Of a stretch of 64,000 nt of DNA, positions 1-13,118 are shown piece after piece. The translations under genes and the position numbers were made by a program. Within the stretch, counting starts at the first letter, position 1. Every line of letters begins with the position of its first letter. Source of the DNA: Malacoraja senta (taxonomy: Eukaryota); contig CM075999.1 of NCBI GenBank assembly GCA_038087875.1, positions 3,722,001 to 3,786,000 on the forward strand, given 5' to 3'. The notes beneath the pieces are model-generated. The model did no database searches. It was not told where the DNA came from and saw only the letters and a list, made by a program, of their open reading frames with translations.

Positions 1-250
1 GAGTCCGCACTGACCAGCGATCCCCGCACACTCACACTATCCTACACACACTAGGGACAATTTACAATCATACCAAGCCAATTAACCTACAAACCTGTAT
101 GTTTTTGGAGTGTGGAGGAAAATCCATGCAGGTCAAGGGGAGAGCGTACAAACTCCAATACAGACAGCACCCGTAGTCGGGATTGAACCCGGATCTCTGG
201 TGCTGTACGCGCTGTAAGGCAGCACCTCTACCGCTGTGCCACCGTGCCAC
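1..250 (-). mobile_element. HE1-type SINE
   Basis: Reverse complement of the same SINE head and core. Further minus copies at about 7570-7855, 25645-25932, 29915-30212, 42600-42905, 52165-52445 and 58210-58491. Confidence 0.85.
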
Positions 251-867
251 CCTTCTGCCACCCCAGGCCTGGGAACTGGAAGGACCAGCTAAGTAACACC
301 TTACAGATGATGATACATCATATAGCGGTGTGTAAAATCATGAGAGGAATAGATCGGGTAGATGCACACAGTCTTTTGCCCAGAGTAGAAGAATCCAGTA
401 CCAGAGGACATAGGTTTAAGGTGAAGGGTGAAAAATGTAACATTGATCTGAGGGGTAACTTTTTCACACAGAGGGTGGTGGGTGTATGGCACAAGCTGCC
501 AGAGGAGGTAGTTGAGGCTGGGACTATCCCAACATTTAAGAAACAGTTAGACATGTACATGGATAGGTCAGGTTTGGAGAGATATGGGCCAAACGCAGGC
601 AGATGGGACTAATGTAGTTGGGACATGTTGGCCGACGTGGGCAAGTTGAACCAAAGTGCTGTGTTTCCACTCTGTATCACTCTATCAGACAACAGGAACT
701 GCTGATGTTGAGATTTGGTGTAGAACACAGAGTGCTGGAGTAACTCAGCGGGTCAGGCAGCATCTGTGGAGAACATGGATAGGTGACGTTTCACAGAGTG
801 CTGGAGTAACTCAGCGGGTCAGGCAGCATCTCTGGAGAACATGGATAGGTGATGTTTTGGATAAGCA

Positions 868-1262
868 GACCTCCCTTTCATTGATTCCATTTGTACCCCA
901 CGCTGCCACGGCAAGGCCAGCTGCAGAATCAAGGACGAGTCGCACCCCGGCCACTCCCTCTTCTCCCCTCTCCCATCAGGCAAAAGGTACAGAAGTGTGA
1001 AAACGCACACCTCCAGATTCAGGGACAGTTTCTTCCCAGCTGTTATCAGGCAACCGAACCATCCTATCACCAACTAGACAGCAGTCCCGAACTTCAATCT
1101 ACATCATTGGTGACCCTCGGACAATCCTTAATTGGACCAAACATCTATACACTGTAAACGGCTCGATTGTAATCATGTATCGTCTTTCCGCTGACTGGTT
1201 AGCACGCAACAAAAGCTTTTCACTGTACCTCGGTACACGTGACAATAAACTAAACTCAAACT
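868..1262 (+). mobile_element. Rex1/Babar-type LINE 3' fragment
   Basis: [32 protein letters not shown] frame and (CTAAA)n tail. Related pieces at about 14270-14700 (+), 18840-19100, 19920-20200, 24450-24710 and 49380-49740 (-). Confidence 0.75.
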
Positions 1263-3189
1263 CTTGTACCTATCTATGATTGAGCTTATCTATGGTATGA
1301 TTTTACTGTTTTGAACGCAAAACAAAGATTTTCACTGTGCCAGGGTTTATGTGCCAATCAAGTAACATAATTGTCGTCATTAAGTCACCACCGACCCACA
1401 CACCGGAGGACGAGACTCACACTCAACATTAATTGGATTCTCCATCAATCCAATGAGATTGTTACTGTGAAGCCCTTAAACGCATTAACACACAAATAAA
1501 TATACAATAATCAACAAGGCAAGACATCAATAACCAGTAATACGTGGTAACCAGGGCATAATAACACAAAACTAAATGCACAGTGCGACCAAAACAAGAT
1601 CCATCTACAACGGAGAACATGGAACAATGGCGCTAAAATATGGCAGCGTTCGCGTGTGTAAATATGCAAAAAGAATTTCACCGCACAGTTGCACATTTGA
1701 CATATAAAGCTCCATTGAACATTTATGAAGTCTCCTTCAAGAAACAGTGGCAACACATTGTGCACTTGCGACAACAGGAGGCCTTGCAGCCCATCTGCTT
1801 CATGCTAGCCCTCATCAAACATTCCCAAACACACTCTTCCCCACACCTTACTCCCTTGCTGAGACTTATTCTCCAACACATGACTGCAACTCGTTTTGCC
1901 ACCGGTCGAGGCGACCAGCTGACTGACAGCAGCCACCCAACCAACCAGCACCCACCTGACATGCCGAGAGTCCTCAGGCAATCTCAGGGAGGGCATAGCA
2001 CCTGGATAGAGTGGATGTGGAGAGGATGTTTCCACTAGTTGGGAGAGTCTAGGACCAGAGGGCACAGCCTCAGAATTAAATGATGTTCCTTTAGGAAGAT
2101 GATGAGGAATTTCTTTAGTCAGAGGGTGGTGAATCTGTGGAATTATTTGCCACAGACGGCTGTGGAGGCCAAGTCAATGGATATTTTTAAGGCGGAGATG
2201 GATAGATTTTTGATTAGTACGGGTGTCAGGGGTTATGGGTAGCAGGCAGGAGAATGGGGTTGAGAGGGAGAGATAAATCAGCCATGATTGAATGGCAGAC
2301 TAGACTTGATGGGCCGAATGGCCTATTTGTGCTCCTGTCACATGAATCTTATTAACATGTAAACTCCCCACAGGCAGCACCCAGGTTCTGAATTGAACCT
2401 GGATCTGAACGGCAGTGGTACTAACCGCTGCTCTGCCCGAGAGAATGCTCAGGGGAGACTCTGGATATCAGAACTGGGAAGCATTCAGGAAGCCACTGAG
2501 CACTCCCCATCTCCAGCACAGGATCATGTTGAGGGCTAGCAGAAACAGACGGGAGGAAAGGCCCTCCTCTCAGACAACCCAACCTGTCGCACCCACCTGC
2601 CCGCCCAGGAGTCTGCAAGTCACCATTCCCCTCAGAGCCTCAGTAGAACACCACTCAACCTAGATAGACACAAGGTGCTGGAGGAGAACGTCACTCCAGG
2701 GATGCTGACTGACCACTGAGTTACTCTAGCACTTTGTGTCTACCTTTGTCATGAACCAGCGTCTGCAGTTAGTTCTTTGTTTCCACCACACAACCTAGAT
2801 ACTTCCTTGGGTTACAGAGCTGCTGCCTCACTGCTCAACCCCACCTCTGCTGCTCTCTATGTGGAGTTTGCAAGAGGCAAATATAAATCAGATTGGGGGG
2901 GGAGGCAAGAGAGGCGGTTGATGGGGATAATGAGAGCTGGAGGAATAAAGGGGATCATGGGGCAGAGGTAGGAGCAGGTGGGACAGGTTGGGCGGTCTGG
3001 GGGAGGCTATTCCTCCGTCTCTTTCTGCTTGCCCTCAACACGATCCTGTGGCGGAGATGGGATTGACCTGGAGGCGGGCACTGGCTTGATGGGCCGATTG
3101 TCCTCTTTCTATGGGGAGGGGAGCTGGGGGGTTTGGGGGGGGCAGGGATTGGTGATGGGCTCCTCTGTCGGGAGGGGCTGACTGGTCCC

Positions 3190-3900
3190 CGGTTAGCGGG
3201 TCGGCTTTGCGGATTGCGGGTGTGAATAGCCGGTGGGGCGGTGGGGGGGGGGAAGACCCGGAGCCTCTAGTGTTCTACCCGCGCCCCGACCCGGTGGAGC
3301 CCGATCCCGGTCCCGGTCCGTCCCGGCGGGTGGGCGGGCGGGCAGAGAGAGGGCCGGTTCCCGCAGCCTCGACCTGCCGTGCGTTGCCCGGCCCCTCGCC
3401 TACCGCCGCCCCGCTCCGCAAACCCTCGCCGCCCGCCGCTACTCCCGGTCCCCGCGTCCCCGGCGAGCGCACCGGTACCGGTACCGAGACCGAGACCGCT
3501 CCGTCCCCCGGCCCTGTGCCCACCCGCCCGGCCGCCCGCTGGTGTAACGGGGCAGCACCGTCCCGGTACCGGCTCCACCCGCTCGGAGCCCGGGCGCCGG
3601 GCAGAGGGAGACCCCCGGGCCGCTGGCTGGAGTAACTAACGGGGGGGGCCTCGGTGCTGGGAGCGGGGATGGAGATGGAGATGGAGATGGAGACTTACCC
3701 GCGACCACACAACACAACACAACACACGGCTGCGGCTGCGGACCGGAGGCGGGAAGCGGCGGCCAAACAGGGCGGAGACGGAGCCGGGACTCACTGCACG
3801 GTGTCCGCGATGGAGCTCACGGCCCAATGACTCACCCCTACACAGCGCACTTCGGCCCACCCTCTCCCTGCTAACCAACCTGGGCCAGTCCCATTTGGCC
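3190..3900 (-). promoter_or_regulatory. CpG island / probable promoter and non-coding first exon of an unidentified minus-strand gene
   Basis: Very GC- and CpG-rich. Consensus minus-strand donor GG|GTAAGT (ACTTAC at 3693-3698), GC box at 3770-3775, CCAAT at 3824-3828. No recognisable coding sequence. Confidence 0.55.
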
Positions 3901-5516
3901 CACGTCCCCCTTAACCCTTCCCATCCACCGTTATTGTACCCGTTCCTCTCGCTTCCTCCGGCTGCTCGTTCCAGAGACAGACTCCAGGTTTGCAGGGACT
4001 GAATGTGCAGGAAGGAACTGCAGACGCCGGTTTAATCTGAAGATAGACACTAAATGCTGGAGTAACTCCGCGGGTCAGGCAGCGTCTCTGGAGAGAAGGG
4101 TCTCGACCCGAAACGTCACCCATTCCTTCTCTCCATAGATACTGCCTGTCCCGATGAGTTACTCCAGCGTTATTGCAATTGTAACTATCATTAATTTATT
4201 AGCCAAGTATGTAAAAACCTACAAGGAATTTGATTTGCCACACAGCCTTACCTAAAAAGCAACAAGACACACAACTACATAAAAGTTAACATAAACATCC
4301 ACCTCAGTGGCTCCCCCATGTCCCTCACTGTGAATAAAGTCTTATCTTCCTTCCTCCTTATTCACTTCTTGTGTGTCTGTCTTCAGGTTTGGAGGGATAT
4401 GGGCTAAATGCAGGCAGGTGGGACTAGCGTACATGGGATATGTTGGCCGGTGTGGGCAAGTTGGGACCAAGGGACTGTTTCCACTCTGTATCACTCTATG
4501 ACCCTCTGACTGGAAAAAATGCCCCTGAGAACTTTCTTATCAGTTCATAAGTGATAGGAACAGAATTAGGCCATTCGGCCCATCAGGTCTACCCCACCAT
4601 TCAATCATGCCTGATCTATCTCTCCCTCAGGCTAACCCCATTCTCCTGCCTTCTCCCCATAACCCCTGACACCCGCACTAATCAAGAATCTATCTATCTC
4701 TGCCTTAAAAATATCCATTGACTATGGAAATCCATTCTTAAATTGTTAAGTATCTTTTCATTCTTAAATCTCTCCCCTCTCACCTTAAGCGTGTGACAGC
4801 ACCGCCATTCAATGTGATCATGGCTGGTCATCGACAATCAGTACCCCATTCCTGCCTTCTCCCCATTTCCCCCGACTCATACAGTCTCATAAAATCATAC
4901 AGAGTGGAAACAGGCCCTTCAGCCTAATTTGTCCACACCAGCCAACATGTCCCATCTACACTAGTCCCACTTGCCCGTGTTTGACCTATAATCCCTCCAA
5001 ACCTGTCCTATCCATGTACCAGTCTAACTGTTTCTTAAATGATTGGATAGTCCCTGCCTCATCTACCTCCTCTGGCAGCTCGTTCCATACACCCACACCC
5101 TTTGTGTGAAAAAGTTACCGTTCAGATTCCTATTAAATCTTTTCCCCTTCACCTTAAACCTATGTCGTCTGGTCCTCGATTCACCTACTTTGGGCAAGAG
5201 ACTGTGCATTTAGGGTTATTAATTTATTGTAATATTGATAATTGAATATTTATTTGCAATTAATTACATTAATGGGGCTGTTAAGTTGCAGCAAGTAAAA
5301 TGTCATTGTTCCGTTGCCGGTAGAAATGACAATTAAACATCTTAATTCTTCACATCAACTCATCTCCAATTCAACCAGTAAACTGAGGCAGGGAATACAT
5401 GTGGAAATGACTGTGCCATTGATCCGAGATGGTGCCCAACCCAGGTGACTCTTGCATGTTGCATGTACAATCACTCCACTCTTCAATCTCTACTAAAATT
5501 AGACAACATTTTAGTA

Positions 5517-6712
5517 GAACTGTGAAGAGGATGTTAGGAGGTTGCAGGGTGACCTGGACAGGTTGAGTGAATAAAATTAGAGCACATGGTATTGGGGGTA
5601 GGGTGTTGACGTGGATAGAAAATTGGTTGGCAGGCAGGAAGCAAAGAGTAGGAGTGAACGGATCCTTTTCAGAATGGCAGACAGTGGCGAGTGGAGTGCC
5701 GCAAGGCTCGGTGTTGGGGCCGCAACAGTTTACCATATATATTAATGATTTGGAAGAGGGAATTAGGGGCAACACCAGCAAGTTTGCGGATGACACAAAG
5801 CTGGGTGGCAGTGTGAACTGTGAAGAGGATGTTAGGAGGTTGCAGGGTGACCTGGACAGGTTGAGTGAGTGGGCAGATGCGTGGCAGATGCAGTATAATA
5901 TAGATAAATGTGAGGTTATCCACTTTGGTGGCAAAAACAAGGGGGCAGATTATTTTCTCAATGGGGTTAGGTTAGGTAAGGGGGAGGTACAGTGAGACCT
6001 GGGTGTCCTTGTACACCAGTCACTGAAAGTTGGCGTGCAGGTACAGCAGGCAGTGAAGAAAGCCAATGGAATGTTGACCTTCATAACAAGTATAGGAGAG
6101 GTAGACAGGTTCTTCTGCAGATTATAGGGCTCTGGTGAGACCACATCTGGAGTATTACGTACAGTTTTGGTCTCCTAATTTGAGGAGACCATCCTTGTGA
6201 TTGAGGCAGTGCAGTAGGTTCACGAGATTGATCCCTGGGATGGCGGGACTGTCATATGAGGAAAGATTGAAAAGACTAGGCTTATATTCACTGGAGTTTA
6301 GAAGGATGAGGGGGAATCTTATAGAAACATATAAAATTATAAAAAGGACTGGACAAGTTGGATGCAGGAAAAATGTTCCCAATGTTGGGCGAGTCCAGAA
6401 CCAGGGGTCACAGTCTCAGAATAAAGGGGAGGTCATTTAAGACTGAGGTGAGAAAAAACTTTTTCACCCAGAGAGTTGTGAATTTGTGGAATTCCCTGCC
6501 ACAGAGGGCAGTGGAGGCCAAATCACTGGATGGATTTAAGAGAGAGTTAGATAGAGCTCTAGGGGCTAGTGGAGTCAAGGGATATGGGGAGAAGGCAGGC
6601 ATGGGTTATTGATAGGGGACGATCAGCCATGATCACAATGAATGGCGGTGCTGGCTCGAAGGGCCGAATGGCCTCCTCCTGCACCTATTTTCTATGTTTC
6701 TATGTTTCTATG
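5517..6712 (+). mobile_element. CR1/HER1-type LINE, 5'-truncated, disrupted RT
   Basis: RT motifs [11 protein letters not shown] and FADDTK; CR1 C-terminus [25 protein letters not shown]; (TTCTATGT)n tail. Confidence 0.93.
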
Positions 6713-6845
6713 TACTCCAACAGTAGCGTATCCTATTAACATTATTCCCTTTATCCTGTATCTGTGATCAGCTTGATTGTAATCAAGTGTTGTCTTTCTG
6801 CTGATTAGCTACCGAGTAACATAGAAACATAGAAACATAGAAAAT

Positions 6846-7045
6846 NNNNNNNNNNNNNNNNNNNNNNNNNNNNNNNNNNNNNNNNNNNNNNNNNNNNNNN
6901 NNNNNNNNNNNNNNNNNNNNNNNNNNNNNNNNNNNNNNNNNNNNNNNNNNNNNNNNNNNNNNNNNNNNNNNNNNNNNNNNNNNNNNNNNNNNNNNNNNNN
7001 NNNNNNNNNNNNNNNNNNNNNNNNNNNNNNNNNNNNNNNNNNNNN
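6846..7045. other. Assembly gap (200 N)
   Basis: Run of N; the left flank is a CR1 tail. Confidence 1.
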
Positions 7046-9551
7046 TTCCGGTTTCGGGACCGAAACGTTGCCTATTTCCTTCAGGGTTTCGGGCCCGAAA
7101 GGTAGCCCATTTCCTTCGCTCCACAGATGCTGCCTGACCCGCTGAGTTACTCCAGCACTCTGTGAAACGTCACCTATCCATGTTCTCCACAGATGCTGCC
7201 TGACCCGCTGAGTTACTCCAGCACTCTGTGAAACGTCACCTATCCATGTTCTCCACAGATGCTGCCTGACCCGCTGAGTTACTCCAGCACTTTGTTCTTT
7301 TGTGTAAACCAGCATCTGCAGTTCCTTGTTTCTAAATTTATTCCTGGATCAGATCAGCTGCAGAAATCTTCCATGAAATAAAAGTTGCTCATCTCCAGAT
7401 TTATAACATGTTAAACGAAGCAGAGAGGTGTCTGCATTTTGACTCAATGTATCCTTCCAACTTTGAATCATTCCAACCTTTACATAACCAACCTACAAAC
7501 GCCCACCCCTCCTCCCCTTCACAGGATCCCGAACCCCTACTGTTCTGATTCTTTCATCGAACATAGAACAGTACAGCACAGAAACAGGCCCTTCGGCCCA
7601 CCCAGTCCGCACCGACCAGCGATCCTCGCACGCTTACACTATCCTACACACACTGGGGACAATTTACAATTTTGCCAAAGCCAATTAACCTGCAAACCTG
7701 CACGTCTTAGGAATGTGGGAGGAAACTGGAGCACCCGGAGAAAACCCACGCAGGTCACGTACAAACTCCGTACAGACAGCACCCATAGTCAGGATGGAAC
7801 CCGGGTCTCCGGCGCTGTGAGGCAGCAACTCTACCGCTGCGCCACCGTACCGTCATATCTAAAAGCCACGTTATGTGAGGAGAGGCGAGATGAGAGGAGA
7901 CGATAGATGGGAATATGAGGGCATGTGTAGTTCTGCTTTGATCCAAACTCCACAGACCAAAGCTGCAACATAACATCACACTAACGTCTTGCCGCTGATT
8001 CCTGCGATATCAATACATCAGCTAAATAAATCTGGGCGTGAAAATCATTCTTCCTACTCAGCAAGTCAGAAAACTCAAGATGCTGGAAATCCAAATTTAG
8101 AACAGAAAATTACGTAACAATCAGTATATTATGTTCATCAGCCATAGGAATAGAATGAGGCCATTCGGCCCATTTAATCTACTCAACCATTCACTTGACC
8201 CATTCCCCCGATAACCCTTGACACCCGTACTAATCAAGAATCTGTCAATCTCCGCCTTAAAAATACCCAATGGCTTGGCCTCCGCAGCTGTCTAGGGTGG
8301 CAATGAGTTCCACAGATACACCACACTCTAGCTGAATACATTTCTCCTCATCTCCTTTCTAAAGGTACATCCTTCTATTCTGAGGCTGTGCCCCCTGGTC
8401 CTAGCATCTCCCCCCTGCGTCTAGCATCTCCCAATGGTAGGCAACATCTTTGGCCCTGGGGTAGCAAATACCTAGTACTCGAGAGTGAGGCTGCCTGTGT
8501 TTACACTCTCAGATACGGCACCTGCCTTCTGCACCAGTTAGTGCTGATAGAACGCCTTCAAAATAGAAAATATCTCAGGGTGACAATGCCTTCGATCTTG
8601 ACTGAAGTTTGATGGAGCAAATGGGTGTAACTGAGTAATGACAGGTAAGCCAGTGACAGAGTAAACTCCAGGCCAAGATGCCCATTCATGGTCCCAGGCA
8701 GCGGACAGTCGAGAGTACCAACTAGTCCACTATCTGCCCCTTTCCCGGGCTTAAAACTAGCTGTTAATCACCCTGCCCCCACCCTCACCCCTCACCTATC
8801 ATGTTCTCCACAGATGCTGCCTGACCCGCGAGTTACTCCAGCACTCTGTGTCTTTCCTTGCTAAACTAGCACCTGCAGTTCCTTGTTTCCACTTCTAGGC
8901 CAAAAGTTGTTTTACCTGTTTTATTTTCCTTCAGTAACGTTTGTTCGTGCTGTACTGATCTCTTGTTAACCTTGATGCTGTTTAGCCCTCACCAAAGTTC
9001 CATCTCTCAGGGTCAGGACACAGTCCGGCATTTATAAGATGTGCTGTATTCAGTGTACTTTATCACATATAAATAAAGATAACGACGGCAGCTTGTGCAC
9101 AAAAGGAGTGTCTTTATTCTTGTGCATAGTTCTTTTCATTTTACTCTTGCAGAAGTTGAGTATAATTGAAGCATAATTTGTTTTTTTGTGAGTCTTTGGA
9201 CTTTAGAAATACAGCGCAGAAACAGCCCTTCGGCACCAAGTCCACATCGACCAATGGTCACCCATGATCAGGGACAATTTACAATTTTACAGAAGCCAAT
9301 TAGCCTACAAACCTGCACCTATTTGGAGTGTGGGAGGGAATCAGAGTACCCGGAGAACACCCACGCGGGTTGTGGGGTGTACGTGCAAACTCGTACAGAC
9401 AGCACCGGTGGTCAGGATCGAACTCGGGCCTCTGAGCTGCGCCACAATGAACTCTGGAGTCTGCATTACGGGTGTGGTGCGAGCTTTAATCTTATAATAA
9501 GTTGTAACGTGGTGACACAATAATCGGCTTAAGGGGAATTCCAGTGTGTTG

Positions 9552-9675
9552 CAGCCCAGCATGCAGCCACCATGCAACCCACCCACGCAACCCACCACGC
9601 AACCCACCATGCAGCCACCATGCAGCCACCATGCAACCCACCATGCAGCCCACCATGCAGCCCACCATGCAGCCC
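9552..9675 (+). repeat. Tandem repeat with a unit of about 12 bp (CAGCCCACCATG-like)
   Basis: About 10 imperfect units. Confidence 0.85.
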
Positions 9676-12600
9676 TGCACTTCATCCCTCTACATATAAT
9701 GTTGGAACCATACGGATGTTCACATACATGGAGTTTACAAGGATGAGGGGGGTGGACCTCATTGAAACTTACGAGTAGTGAAAGGCTTGGATAGAGTGGA
9801 TGTGGAGTGGATGTTTCCACTAGTGGAGAGTCTAGGACTAGAGGTCATAGCCTCAGGATAAAGGATGTTCCATCAGGGAGGAGGAGGAATTTCTTTAGCC
9901 AGAGGGTGGTGAATCTGTGGAATTCATTGCCACAGAAGGCTGTGAAGACCATCAATGGGTATTTTTAAGGCAGAGATGATAGATTCTTGATTAGGGTGGG
10001 TGTCAGGGGTTATGGGAGAAGGCAGGAGAATGGGATTGAGAGGGAGAGATAGATCAGCCTTGATTGAATGGCGGAGTAGACTTGATGGCCGAACGGCCTA
10101 ATTCTGCTGCTGTCACTTATGACCTTACGACAGACAGCCCATCAAGTGCACGTCACCTCCCACAGATGCTGCCCGACCTGTTCTTCCACAGCTGAAAGCA
10201 GAAACGTTATTACTCAATAGTTCTCTCTCTTGTAGTTCCAATTTCCTTGAGCAATGCCTTGTTGTTCCGCATTGATCAGCCTGACAAGCCCAGCAAGCCA
10301 AGACCATCACTGCATCCTGGGTCAATATTTCACTGCCATTACTTATCCAGATTTTAAAATACGAGACCATTAAGTCATAGGAGCAGAATGAGCCATTCGC
10401 CCATCGAGTTTACCCCACCATACAATCATGGCTGTTCTATTTTCCCTCTCAACCCGTCCCACCCCCAGCCTTCTCCCCATAACCATTAATGCCCGTACTA
10501 ATCAGGTTTGAAAAGACCATGCGCTGTTGAAATGAAAGCTTCTTGATATTTGAGTCTTTTTGTTAATTTTAAGAACCTCATACCTAAAATACCAAATGAC
10601 TCCCCCGCCGTCTGTGGCAATGAGTTCCTCCACTTTCAATGATTCACCACCCTCTGGCTAAAGACATTCCTCCTCACCTCTGTTCTCTCCGTGTGCTATT
10701 CCCTCCCAGTGCTGCACAAGTTTTGGAAAGGGAGGTGAGGAGGAACTTCTTTAGTCAAAGGGGAGTAAATCTGTGGAACTCATTGCCATAGAAGGCTGTG
10801 GAGGCCAAGTCAATGCGATATTTTTAAGGCAGAGATAGATAGATTCCTGATTAGAACGGGTGTCAGGGATTATGGGGAGAAGGCAGGAGAACGGGGTTTG
10901 GAGGCAGAGATAGATCAGCCATGAATGAATGGCGGAGTGGACTCGATGGGCCGAATGGCCTAATTCTACTCCTATAACTTGTGAACTTGTGCACTGCCTG
11001 AGCCTTCCCCACCACCAGTGACCTCCACACTATGGTCCGGTTGATGACATTGGTGAGGCTTCCTCCTACAGCAGAGTGGATGCAAACGGACAGACCTCAC
11101 CACAAAGTCCTTGTCTGAAGAAGGGTCTCGACCCCTGAAATGTTACCCATTCCTTCTATCCAGAGATACTGCCTGACCCGCTGTGTTACTCCAGCACTCT
11201 GCGTCTATCCTTGTCTACAGTCTCAGCTTGAAAGGCAGGTTTTGGTGAAAAGTCTCTGATTCTCTGCTCACAGATACTGGCTGAGCTGGTTTATTTTAGA
11301 AACACAGTGCAGAAAAGGGCCCTTCGAGCCACCAAGTCCATGCCAATCAATGATCACCCTGTACACTAGCATTATCCTACACACTAGGGACAATTTACAA
11401 ATTTACAAAGGCCAATTAGCCAACAGACCTGCACGTCTTTGGAGTGTGGGAGGAAACCGGAGCACCCGGAGAAAACCCACGCAGTCACAGGGAGAACGTA
11501 CAAACTCCGTACCGACAGCACCCTGGTCAGGATGAACATGAGGTCTGGACCTCCAATAGTTTCAAATGTAGGGGTGTCATTACTGTTTCTTGAGCGTTGG
11601 CAAGAGATTCACCAGGTTGTTACTTGGGTGTGTGGGCGGGAGTCACAGGGAGAGGTTGCATAGGCTGGGACTCTTATCTTTGGAGCGTAGGAGGCTGAGG
11701 CATGACCATACTGAGGTGTACAAGATCATAAAGGGCATGGATAAAATCAACGCGCAGTCTTTCGCCTCAGGATGGAGGATTCGAAAACTAAAGGGCGTAG
11801 GTTTAAGGTGGGAGGAGAGAGATTTAAGAGGGACTTCAGGGGCAACTTGTTCAATCAGAGGGTAGTCCGTATCTGGAATGAGCTGTCAGAGGAAGCTGTA
11901 GAAATGGATACAGTTAGGACTTTAAAAGATATTTGGACAGATAGTATATGGATAGGAAGGGTTTAGAGGGCTATGGGCCAAATGCAGGCAATGGGACTAG
12001 CCCAGTATGTTAACTTGATCAGCATGGACAAGGTGGGCCGAAGGGACTGTTTCTGTGATATACACCTTGATGACTCGATGACTATAATAGGTATCTCCTG
12101 ATATTTCTGCAATTCCAGCAATTGTAGCATTAGGAATTTTTAAATGAATATAATTTGTATCTTAGCTTAGTTTGGTGATGAATCAAACAAGATTTAGTTT
12201 GGCGGGTAGGAAGGAACTGCAGATGCTGGTTTACACCAAGGATAGAAACAAAATGCTGGAGTAATTCAGTGGGACAGGCAGCATCCCTGGAGAGAAGCAA
12301 TGGGTGACGTTTCAGGTTGAGACCCTTCTTCAGACTTGGTCCAGGTGTATATCGGTGAGACCAAGCACAGGCTCGACGATTGTTTAGCTGATCAGCTCCG
12401 CTCAGTCCACTTAAAATGTTGGAGTAACTCAGCAACCCATTCCTTCTCTCCAGAGATGCTGCCTGTCCCGCTGAGTTACTGCAGCATTGTGTGTCTATGC
12501 AAGGTTTCCTTTCTCTCCAGAGATGCTGCCTGTCCCGCTGAGTTACTGCAGCATTTTGTGTCTGTGCAAGGTTTAGTTTGGAATAGGTCAGAAGCTTTGC

Positions 12601-12840
12601 TTATCTTAGGTGGTTGTTATTTTGGACGTATTTGAGATTACACGAGTTAGGGAAGAAGATTGTGGTGTGGAGTCAGCAATCTTCATCTCTGCAGACCAAG
12701 CATGGTGAGCGGCCAAGGACAATCTGGGGGAGAATATAAAACAGAATTAATTAAACGAGCATGGAAAACGTCAAAGTATAAAACACTGGGGAATGGAATG
12801 TAGTCAGGAACAGTCAGTTCAGTTTAGTTTATTGTCATGT

Positions 12841-13118
12841 CAGTCAGTCATTTTTATTTATATAGCACATTTAAAAAACAACTCTCGTTGGCCAAAGTGC
12901 TTCACATTGGTGGAGGTACTAACGTTATACAACAGTGGTTCATAGATTAAATACATACATCACTACATACATGTAGCCCTCACTCAGAGGAAGTCAAGAA
13001 AGGCTTGGGAGAAGAGATGAGTTTTAAGTCTCGACTTAAAGGAGTCGATGGAGGGGGCAGTTCTGATGGGAAGAGGGATGCTGTTCCACAGTCTAGGAAC
13101 TGCAACCGCAAAGGCGTG
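12841..13118 (-). mobile_element. L2 LINE 3' fragment nested in a Rex-type tail
   Basis: AFAVAVPRLWNSIPLPIRTAPSIDSFKSRLKTHLF; (TGAC)n tail; TSD GTCATGT at 12834-12840 and 13119-13125. Confidence 0.75.

Noticed and set aside
1723..1962. Cys-rich 79-aa minus-strand ORF
   Set aside because: No family motif or linked exons recognised; may be UTR or intron.
3207..3720. Overlapping Pro/Arg/Gly-rich ORFs
   Set aside because: Expected in a stop-poor CpG island; no recognisable domain.
8513..8644. Exon-like segment with AG acceptor and CAG|GTAAGC donor
   Set aside because: No recognisable open protein frame or partner exons; cannot be supported without RNA data.
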